From a virus, in IMG/VR virus record IMGVR_UViG_3300043122_000207, positions 96,001-160,000 of that record: DNA of 64,000 nt; one strand, 5' to 3'. The notes below the pieces were generated by a model that worked only from the letters and a program-made list of their open reading frames with translations, made no database searches and was not told the origin of the DNA. Below are positions 56,440 to 64,000 of this stretch, in pieces. Within the stretch, counting starts at the first letter, position 1. The number at the start of each line of letters is the position of its first letter. The position numbers and the translations under genes were made by a program.

Positions 56440-57964
56440 ATTCATCACTCAAATCTATTTCGGTATTTATCATCCATTCTTGACCTTTTTCTTTATGCCA
56501 AATAAATGATTGGTTTCTTGGGTGGGATAAATATCCTTTATTAAAATGCCAATCATCCCGACCTGTGACAGATGCTAAGTTTCTAACTATAACACCATTA
56601 TCTTCTTTTGATAATTCAGAATGTAAGTGAGCACCATGCCACTCATGGAATGTTGTTTCTGACCAATCCTTTTTTGCTTCAACCTGCATACACCCAAATA
56701 TCCTTTTTCTTTCTTTATCTAGATGTGTGAAACCGATTAAGCTTTCCCCATAACGCACATACTTTCTACTTGCCGGGTTGGTATTTACATTTACATCTTC
56801 GTTTTCTCTATACCATGATTTTATATTGACTATACTGTGGAAGGATGTCATCCAGTCGTGGTTTCCTGGTACCAAGAAAACATTTACTGGTGCTATCTGT
56901 GATAATAGATCTATTCCCATTATTAAAATCTTTTGACCTTCTATGTACATCTTCTGCCATCTGTCATCGTTTCTTTGTATTGTGCCTTTTGTGGTTCTAC
57001 CATATGTATCATCAAAATTAAAGAAATCATTACCTATTGGAAATATGATTTTTTCGATTCTATCTTTAAGGTTGGTTTCTAAAATTTTAGATATGACGTC
57101 ATTTATAACATACATGAACCTTTCTTTTGCTATATCTGTGTCATAAGACTCTCCGGTTTCTGGATGCCAAGCTAATTTATTTAAATGTAGATCTACAATT
57201 GGGACTTCCAGAAGTAAATCTTTTTTAACATCTTCTTTTTGTTTTAGTTTGGGTAATTTGGGAGGATTATATATTTGTGCGAATTCAACAAAATGAGATG
57301 TCACTAAATCGTGGATTTTATGAATGAAGAAATCTTTTTTCTTATATTTTTCATTTTCCCTTATTATCTTTTTTATTTCCTTTTCTTCTATTTTCTGAAA
57401 AAAGTCATCCTTTTCTCTTTCCAGATGGTCTTCTACTAATGGGTCTACACCAAACTTCTCTATTTCTTCGTCGGTGTATTCTATATCGTCATGTATAAAC
57501 CCGAATGCATTCTGCAACATAAGGAAATGTTTTCTTCTTATTTTGTGTTTTTTACATATCTCAGGTATCTTAAGATATCTGCTTGCTCTACCTTTTGGGT
57601 CACAATAATCCCTTCTTATTTCCCTGTATTTTTCTTTTGTTATTGGGAAGGTATCTTTACCATCTGTAATAACCCAAAAATCACCATTATCTTTTTTTTC
57701 TATTCTCTCTTCTACATTGGCTTCTTTTGTACCTACTTCTTGACCCTCGAAACTATCCTCAAACACCCATTCTTTTGCTGAACGGATGTATTTTAAACCA
57801 TTATCCTTCACAAATCTAGAGATTGTTGTTGAATGAACACCATAATCTTTTGCTATCGATTCTCTTTCGTTGTTGTTTAATCTTTTTTTGAAATCCTCTA
57901 AAATAGATCTCTTTTCTTTTTTATTTTTATTTTCGAATTGTTTTTTAAATTCGTTCCATTCCAA
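56408..57964 (-). CDS. HTH plus calcineurin-like metallophosphoesterase
   Basis: N-terminal HTH (SIAKDYGVHSTTISRF); DLH, GND, GNHD, FTH, HLH motifs. Confidence 0.85.
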   Translation of the reverse strand: MEWNEFKKQFENKNKKEKRSILEDFKKRLNNNERESIAKDYGVHSTTISRFVKDNGLKYIRSAKEWVFEDSFEGQEVGTKEANVEERIEKKDNGDFWVITDGKDTFPITKEKYREIRRDYCDPKGRASRYLKIPEICKKHKIRRKHFLMLQNAFGFIHDDIEYTDEEIEKFGVDPLVEDHLEREKDDFFQKIEEKEIKKIIRENEKYKKKDFFIHKIHDLVTSHFVEFAQIYNPPKLPKLKQKEDVKKDLLLEVPIVDLHLNKLAWHPETGESYDTDIAKERFMYVINDVISKILETNLKDRIEKIIFPIGNDFFNFDDTYGRTTKGTIQRNDDRWQKMYIEGQKILIMGIDLLSQIAPVNVFLVPGNHDWMTSFHSIVNIKSWYRENEDVNVNTNPASRKYVRYGESLIGFTHLDKERKRIFGCMQVEAKKDWSETTFHEWHGAHLHSELSKEDNGVIVRNLASVTGRDDWHFNKGYLSHPRNQSFIWHKEKGQEWMINTEIDLSDEYEECNNRITL

Positions 57965-58094
57965 GATCTTTCACCGCCTTATAATTATTTATAAAAACGT
58001 TCTACACAATTGTTAAAATCGGGTGTTGAAATTTGGGGTTTTAAAAAATTATATCCAAACAAAAATATGAAGAAAAATAATTAAAAAGGAGCTG

Positions 58095-59054
58095 ATGGTT
58101 TTGGATAAAAAAATAAGATTAAAGATGAGTGATTTACAGTTTGATGAAAATGTTTCAGATATTTTTTTAAATAAAATAAATGTTCCATTACCGATGGTGG
58201 GGGATTATCCAGTACAGGAGACTTTGGATATACTTCGGACTGGTAGTGTTAGGTCTAAAGGCAAAAGATATAATATTTTAAAATATATCAAATCAGTTTA
58301 TGCTCCGGTTCATATAGACGATGGGGGGTCTGGAAGAGGATTTTTGTATCCTTATAGAAAAGAGACATATATAGATGTCTTAAAAGAAATATCTTCATAT
58401 GTTGATTTGATTATAACTTATCCCGATGGTGAACCAGATATAATGGAGGAGTATATTAGTTACGGAGCAAATGGCTTTATGGTTACAAATTGGAAAGAAG
58501 AATATCAGAAGATTAAAAATAACTATGAAGTGAGTATATCAAGAAGTGTAGTTGGGAATGCGTATAATAAAAATTTCGATGGTGGGTTTGATGGGTACGT
58601 TGTCCCAGACGGAGGTTTATTGGATTATGATTTATTAGAAAAAATTAAAAAAGATGATAGAAATTTCAGTGGTATGCCAAATTTATTGTGTAAAACGACT
58701 TGTCCATATTTAGACGAGCATGTTTTGTATTTGAAAGAAAATGGTAGATTTGATTATACATGGGATAAATATCATAGTTGTCCATCGAATACTAAAAAAA
58801 GTTTTTTTATACCAAGACCTGTTTTGGTTAAACTTCTAAGAGAAGGGTACATTGATAGTGTAAAACTAGTTGGCAGAAACTCTTATTTAGAAAAAAATAT
58901 AAGTGTACTTTTATATTATATTTTTGGGGAAGCCTACCCTAATATTGAAAAAATATACAACCATATCGTGGTCAACAATAATTGGATGTTCTCTAATATG
59001 GTGTCTTTAAATTGTAAGTATGACTGTCTAAATTGTGATAGAAAATGTTACTAA
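58095..59054 (+). CDS. Peptidase U32-like putative Fe-S protein
   Basis: TIM-barrel-sized ORF with CKTTCPY, SCP, FFIPRP, VKLVGR and terminal CKYDCLNCDRKC. Confidence 0.6.
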   Translation: MVLDKKIRLKMSDLQFDENVSDIFLNKINVPLPMVGDYPVQETLDILRTGSVRSKGKRYNILKYIKSVYAPVHIDDGGSGRGFLYPYRKETYIDVLKEISSYVDLIITYPDGEPDIMEEYISYGANGFMVTNWKEEYQKIKNNYEVSISRSVVGNAYNKNFDGGFDGYVVPDGGLLDYDLLEKIKKDDRNFSGMPNLLCKTTCPYLDEHVLYLKENGRFDYTWDKYHSCPSNTKKSFFIPRPVLVKLLREGYIDSVKLVGRNSYLEKNISVLLYYIFGEAYPNIEKIYNHIVVNNNWMFSNMVSLNCKYDCLNCDRKCY

Positions 59055-59083
59055 AATCAAAAATATTTGGAGGTTTTTAATCA

Positions 59084-62000
59084 ATGAAAACTGTTGTAAA
59101 AAGAGATGGCAAAGAAACTGAGTATAAACCTGAAAAGATAAAGAATGCGGTATTAAAGGCTGCGACTGAAGTGGATGCAAAAGATCCTGAGACTATTTCG
59201 GTTAGGATGATGAAGACCGTGGATAATCTTTTAGAAAAGCACTATTATAAAGAAGATGAGACCCCTAGTGTTGAAGAAATACAAGATTTAGTGGAAAAAG
59301 GTTTAGTTTATGATAATAACTATGAGGTTTCTAAAGCATATATTCTGTACAGAGAAAAACAAAATGAGAGAAGAAAGTTTAAGAATAAAGATAATGGGTT
59401 ACTTCCACATGATTATCTTAGTGATTTTAAACATATAGTAAACCCTTTCCCAACAGAACTGGGACAATTCATTTATTATAGAACTTATTCTAGATGGCTT
59501 GAAAAAGAAGAAAGAAGAGAAAATTGGTGGGAGACAGTTAAAAGAGCAGTAGAATACAATACATCTTTATTACCAACCAGTAAAAAAGAAATGAAAAAAT
59601 TATATAAAAATGTTTTTTCATTTAAGAATTTCTTAGCTGGTAGAACACTTTGGGCTGGCGGTGGAGAGGTAAGTAAGAAATATCCTATGAGTAATTTTAA
59701 CTGCTCATTTACTGTGCTTGATTCTATAGAGTCTTACGGTGATATTTTTTATCTTCTGATGTTGGGGAGTGGTACCGGATTTCGAGTTCTTCCGGAGGAT
59801 GTCGATAAGTTACCTAAATTCAGAACAGATATAAAGGTCATAAATAAATCATATGAGCCTAGAGATAAACCGTATAGGAATGAGCACACAGAATTAGTCT
59901 TTAATAAGAATATTGCAACTATACATGTTGGTGATTCAAAAGAGGGTTGGGTTCAGTCTTTATTGAGATATTTTGATCTACTGACCAATTCAATATACAG
60001 GGATATAGATACTGTTGTTTTTGAATATGATTCTGTGCGACCTAAAGGGGAGAAACTTGAGACATTTGGTGGAACAGCCTCTGGATATGAGAGCTTAGAG
60101 AGAATGTTTAAAAAGATAGATACTATTTTAAATGGTGTTAAAAAGGAAAAATTAGATGGTATGAATAGATATAGTTTAAGACCTATAGACGCAATGGATT
60201 TTGCGAATGTTATAGCTGAGAACGTGGTTTCTGGTGGTGTAAGAAGATCATCGCAAATATGTTTGTTTTCGGCTGATGATAAAGAAATTATAGAAGCAAA
60301 ATCGAACCTATATAAACAGGTTGACGGTGAATGGGTCTTAAATGAAGAGATTTCCCATAGACAAATGAGCAATAATACTATATATTATGAAGATAAACCA
60401 TCTAAAGAGCAATTATCTTGGCATGTTAAACAAATGAGATTCTCTGGTGAACCTGGTTTCTTAAATGTAGAAGAAGCTAAAAGAAGAAGAGAAGATTTTA
60501 ATGGAGTTAATCCTTGTTTCACTGGTGATATGAAACTACTAACTGATGATGGATACAAAACATTTGAAGAATTGAATGGTAAAAATGTCGGTGTTGTCAA
60601 TATTAATGGTGAAGTCACAAATGGTAAGGTTTGGTCGAATGGTGTTAAAGATGTGATAGAATTAAAAACCTCTGATGGTAAAGGTATCAGATGTACACCC
60701 GACCATATTTTTATGGATAGTGATGGAAACGAAATAGAAGCAAAAGATATGAAACACAAAAGAGTGATGCCAGCATTCTATAAAAATACTAAAAATAATA
60801 CTCTATATTCTGTTTTGGGATTCATACAGGGTGACGGAAGTCTGACTAGATTAAATAGTGAAACACATAAAGGTATAGAGATTAATTTATCAAAGAAAGA
60901 CGATGATGTTTTAGATCTGTTGGAAGGTGGTCAAAAACAAGCAAGGGAAAGAGTATACTACACCGGTGCTTATCAGGATGAATTGATAGAGTTAAAATTT
61001 AGTTCTGAAAGATTACCTAACAGAACATTACCTGAAACATTTGATGAGTGGGATATAGATAAGAAAAAGAACTTCATTAAAGGTCTATATTCTGCAAATG
61101 GATCTGTTATTGGTGGTGAGGGTAGAGGTAGAGTCACACTCAAGTCAACGTGTAAAGATTTAATAAAACATGTCAGTGAATTCTTAAAAAGTATATGCAT
61201 TGATAACTATATAACAACAAATAAAGCAAAAGAAAATGAATTTCAGAATGGTAGTTATGAAATGAAAGAAAGTTATGATCTTAATATTGGAAAACATTCT
61301 GAGAGACTGAAGTTTTATAGAGAAATTGGTTTTATTCAAGAATACAAAGAATTAAAATTAAAAAGATACCTTAAACTCAATGCACCAAAAGTAATATCTA
61401 TTAATGAAATAGGTGAAGAGGAAGTTTATGATTTTAATGAACCTGAAACACACTGGGGTGTAGTTGAAGGTTGTGTTGTACACAATTGCGCAGAAATTCT
61501 TTTAGACTCAAAAGGTGTTTGTAATTTAACCACTACAAATTGTATGATGTTTGTTAATGACGGTGAATTGGATAGAGAAGGTATATTGGAAGCTCAAAGA
61601 TTAGCTGCAAGAGCTGGATACCGTATGGCCAATGTGGAGTTTGAATTAAATGATTGGGACAGAATCAATGAGAGAGATAGACTCATTGGTGTGTCTATTA
61701 CAGGGTGGCAGGATATGGTCAATGCACTTGGATGGGATGATTCTTTTAAAGAAGCCCTGAATAAAAAAGACGAACTTATATCATCTTATTTAACAGGTGG
61801 AAAGACTGGGGATGGATATTTACCTTCGGGTATATTAAAACAGATCAAACTACTGAATGATATGAAGAAGGCAGCTATCGATGGTGCTGAAAGTTTAGCA
61901 GCAGAAGTTGGTGGGATTGAACCTAAACTTGTCACCACAGTTAAACCAGAAGGCACACAATCACAAATGCCAACTGTTTCCAGTGGTCTCCATTATTCAC

Positions 62001-62515
62001 ATAGCCCTTATTTTATTAGAAGGGTTCGTATATCAGGTACAGATCCTTTAGTAGATGTTTGCGATGAATTGGGTTACACGATTAAACCTGAAAATGGTCA
62101 TGATCCTGAAAATCCAGAAACAGTAGTATTGGAGTTTCCTGTTAAAGCACCTGATGGTATAACTAAAGCAGATGTCAGTGCTATAGAGCAATTAGAGATG
62201 TATAGAATGTTTATGAAAACATATGTTGACCATAATGCATCAATTACTGTCCATGTTCGAGACGATGAATGGGGTGATGTTGAAAAATGGTTATGGGATA
62301 ATTGGGATGATGTTGTTGGTGTTTCATTTATTTCGTATAACGATAATTTCTATGATCTTATGCCGTATGAAGAAATTGATGAAGAAACTTATTTAGAAAT
62401 GGAAGATAATATGAAACCCTTTAGAACTTCTCTAATAAGTAAATATGAAATAGAGCACAAAGAAAGACTGATCGATGATTCTTCATGTGAGTCAGGTGCT
62501 TGTCCAGTAAGATAA
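59084..62515 (+). CDS. nrdJ: Class II (adenosylcobalamin) ribonucleotide reductase with ATP cone and intein
   Basis: VVKRDG ATP cone, RTYSR, NFNCSF, GGVRRS, NP|CAEI, TVKPEGT, C-terminal CESGACPVR. Confidence 0.93.
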   Translation: MKTVVKRDGKETEYKPEKIKNAVLKAATEVDAKDPETISVRMMKTVDNLLEKHYYKEDETPSVEEIQDLVEKGLVYDNNYEVSKAYILYREKQNERRKFKNKDNGLLPHDYLSDFKHIVNPFPTELGQFIYYRTYSRWLEKEERRENWWETVKRAVEYNTSLLPTSKKEMKKLYKNVFSFKNFLAGRTLWAGGGEVSKKYPMSNFNCSFTVLDSIESYGDIFYLLMLGSGTGFRVLPEDVDKLPKFRTDIKVINKSYEPRDKPYRNEHTELVFNKNIATIHVGDSKEGWVQSLLRYFDLLTNSIYRDIDTVVFEYDSVRPKGEKLETFGGTASGYESLERMFKKIDTILNGVKKEKLDGMNRYSLRPIDAMDFANVIAENVVSGGVRRSSQICLFSADDKEIIEAKSNLYKQVDGEWVLNEEISHRQMSNNTIYYEDKPSKEQLSWHVKQMRFSGEPGFLNVEEAKRRREDFNGVNPCFTGDMKLLTDDGYKTFEELNGKNVGVVNINGEVTNGKVWSNGVKDVIELKTSDGKGIRCTPDHIFMDSDGNEIEAKDMKHKRVMPAFYKNTKNNTLYSVLGFIQGDGSLTRLNSETHKGIEINLSKKDDDVLDLLEGGQKQARERVYYTGAYQDELIELKFSSERLPNRTLPETFDEWDIDKKKNFIKGLYSANGSVIGGEGRGRVTLKSTCKDLIKHVSEFLKSICIDNYITTNKAKENEFQNGSYEMKESYDLNIGKHSERLKFYREIGFIQEYKELKLKRYLKLNAPKVISINEIGEEEVYDFNEPETHWGVVEGCVVHNCAEILLDSKGVCNLTTTNCMMFVNDGELDREGILEAQRLAARAGYRMANVEFELNDWDRINERDRLIGVSITGWQDMVNALGWDDSFKEALNKKDELISSYLTGGKTGDGYLPSGILKQIKLLNDMKKAAIDGAESLAAEVGGIEPKLVTTVKPEGTQSQMPTVSSGLHYSHSPYFIRRVRISGTDPLVDVCDELGYTIKPENGHDPENPETVVLEFPVKAPDGITKADVSAIEQLEMYRMFMKTYVDHNASITVHVRDDEWGDVEKWLWDNWDDVVGVSFISYNDNFYDLMPYEEIDEETYLEMEDNMKPFRTSLISKYEIEHKERLIDDSSCESGACPVR
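60515..61486 (+). mobile_element. Intein (324 aa) with LAGLIDADG homing endonuclease, inside nrdJ
   Basis: Begins CFTGD, ends VVHN, followed by Cys; LGFIQGDGS and FIKGLYSANGSV blocks; removal restores NPCAEI. Confidence 0.93.
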
Positions 62516-62522
62516 ATATAAT

Positions 62523-62553
62523 AGGTGGGTGGTTTTAAAAATCATCCACCTTT
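62523..62553 (+). terminator. Hairpin after nrdJ
   Basis: AGGTGGGTG..CATCCACCT. Confidence 0.6.
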
Positions 62554-62572
62554 AATATGTGGGGTGTATTAA

Positions 62573-63043
62573 ATGATAAAATATATGGTTGGTGACCTAT
62601 TAGAAGCTAAAGAAGATATAATCTGTCATCAGGTTAATTGTCAGGGTGCCTTTGGTGCTGGTATAGCTAAACAGATAGCTAAAGAATACCCAGAATCTAA
62701 AAAGAGTTATGTGGAATATTGTGAGAGATATAATGATATTCTTGGGGATTGTTTGGTTACTAAAGAAGATGATTTATGGGTTGCTAATTTATTTGGTCAA
62801 GATTATTATGGTAGATATGGTTATTACTATGAGAAATATAACCGACAAACAAATTATGATGCTTTAAAAAAAGCTATGGTGTTATTAGTTAATGAATATC
62901 CTGATAAATCGTATGCTTTCCCTTATTTGATTGGTTGTGGATTAGCAGGCGGTGACTGGGAAATAGTTTTGGGTATAATTGGGGACGTTTTCAAAGACAA
63001 CAGTGTTGTTATATATGATTTAGAAAATAAGAGAGGTGTATAA
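62573..63043 (+). CDS. Macrodomain (ADP-ribosylhydrolase) protein
   Basis: GDLL, ICHQVNCQGAFGAGIAKQI, AFPYLIGCGLAGGDW. Confidence 0.88.
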   Translation: MIKYMVGDLLEAKEDIICHQVNCQGAFGAGIAKQIAKEYPESKKSYVEYCERYNDILGDCLVTKEDDLWVANLFGQDYYGRYGYYYEKYNRQTNYDALKKAMVLLVNEYPDKSYAFPYLIGCGLAGGDWEIVLGIIGDVFKDNSVVIYDLENKRGV

Positions 63044-63045
63044 AA

Positions 63046-63696
63046 ATGATCTATATCCTTTCAGGACCAACATGTTCGGGTAAGACAACCATTGGAAAAA
63101 GATCTAAACTTCCTGAATTAATTTCACATACATCAAGAGATATGAGGGAAGGAGAAGTACATGGTGAGACATATTATTTTGTGACAAAGGATGATATATC
63201 GAAAATGGACAAAGTAGAGTTCACCGAATATGGTGGGGGTATATTACACACTCTAAAGAATTTTCTCAAAAAACACGACATGTATGGTTTCGCTAATATG
63301 ATAAACGATAGTGGTTCAAACTATTATTGTCTATCAAAAAAAGAAGTAGAAAAAAAACTTGACAAATACAAAGATGTTTTTGTGATAATGGACAAAGTGG
63401 GTATTGAAATCATGCGTGAAAAATATAAAGAAGAAGTTGTCGTTATTTATATAGATGTACCAATCAAACAGTTAGTAAAAAGAGTCTTTAAAAGAGATGG
63501 TTTTATTAAAGGTATAAATAGACTTTTCCATATGTATGTAACTAAAGAAAGGGATAACGAGTATATTGCGGACTTCGTTATAGATAATTCTGACGGACAT
63601 TTAAAATATGCTGTTCAAACATTTAAGAATATAATACTTGGTAATAGAGTAGAGGATTATAAAGATATATTTAGAACAGATTATATGCATCTATAA
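63046..63696 (+). CDS. Guanylate-kinase-like dNMP kinase
   Basis: GPTCSGKT, ISHTSRDMREGEVHGETYYFV. Confidence 0.85.
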   Translation: MIYILSGPTCSGKTTIGKRSKLPELISHTSRDMREGEVHGETYYFVTKDDISKMDKVEFTEYGGGILHTLKNFLKKHDMYGFANMINDSGSNYYCLSKKEVEKKLDKYKDVFVIMDKVGIEIMREKYKEEVVVIYIDVPIKQLVKRVFKRDGFIKGINRLFHMYVTKERDNEYIADFVIDNSDGHLKYAVQTFKNIILGNRVEDYKDIFRTDYMHL

Positions 63697-63699
63697 AGG

Positions 63700-63724
63700 A
63701 AACGGGGTATTCAACCCCGTTTTT
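63700..63724. terminator. Bidirectional terminator
   Basis: AACGGGG..CCCCGTT between convergent genes. Confidence 0.8.
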
Positions 63725-64000
63725 ATATTCTGTCGTATATGGTTCTTTGGTTGGTTGCCTCTGTGTTATCAACATACTTCATATTGTATAGGTCTTTATT
63801 ATCTCTATTGTAACCATCAAATAAAAAGTTATATGCTATGTAACCAATGACTGCTCTTTTATTGTATTTATTTACCGATACTTTTGTACATTTTTTTTCT
63901 TCTATACAAAAGATGAGTGTTTCTTTAAAATACCCTTTGTCTTTATATTTCCCTAAGATATATATATCATGTATAAAACTTTTATCTTCATTTAATGCTA
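63723..64000 (-). CDS. 3' end of an ORF starting beyond the window
   Basis: Open frame from the window edge to TAA at 63723-63725, ending at a bidirectional terminator. Confidence 0.6.
   Translation of the reverse strand, partial: ALNEDKSFIHDIYILGKYKDKGYFKETLIFCIEEKKCTKVSVNKYNKRAVIGYIAYNFLFDGYNRDNKDLYNMKYVDNTEATNQRTIYDRI

Noticed and set aside
1548-61200. Many antisense ORFs in the track (e.g. 1548-1817, 6817-7290, 26618-27361, 28566-28973, 34694-35365, 51847-52305, 59953-60372)
   Set aside because: Ser/Phe/Leu/Ile-rich shadows of Lys/Glu-rich genes on the opposite strand, with no RBS or promoter
1-64000. CRISPR array, tRNA genes, group I/II introns, stop-codon reassignment
   Set aside because: No regularly spaced repeats or cloverleaf with TTC-RA loop seen by eye; conserved genes are uninterrupted, and TAG, TGA and TAA all act as stops. 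A tRNAscan/Infernal run would be needed to exclude divergent RNAs

Overview
AT-rich, densely coding 64-kb segment of a jumbo myophage of the phiKZ/AR9(PBS1)-related group, read in the standard genetic code. It holds split subunits of two multisubunit RNA polymerases. The virion RNAP is represented by a large beta fragment and a beta C-terminal fragment. The non-virion RNAP is represented by beta' N, beta N, beta C and a candidate sigma-like subunit. Structural genes include tail sheath, tail tube and baseplate candidates, plus a holin/spanin-like cassette and a lytic transglycosylase. Replication and recombination genes include UvsX/RecA, SbcC, primase, a 5'-3' nuclease and a catalytically degenerate Dda/RecD-like helicase. 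Nucleotide metabolism genes are dCTP deaminase, ThyX, an intein-containing class II RNR and a dNMP kinase. Two promoter classes can be read directly from the DNA. TTATATATTAT occurs at 8 sites and precedes the nvRNAP genes (early). AACAA-N5/6-TAG occurs at 13 sites and precedes virion genes and the vRNAP (late, AR9-like). The most notable unexplained features are two ORF-less late transcription units carrying anti-Shine-Dalgarno tracts, a likely -1 programmed frameshift, an origin-like non-coding region, an AR9-type promoter system alongside ThyX, and a DHDGD variant of the RNAP active site. Family assignments rest on motif recognition by eye; no database search was run.
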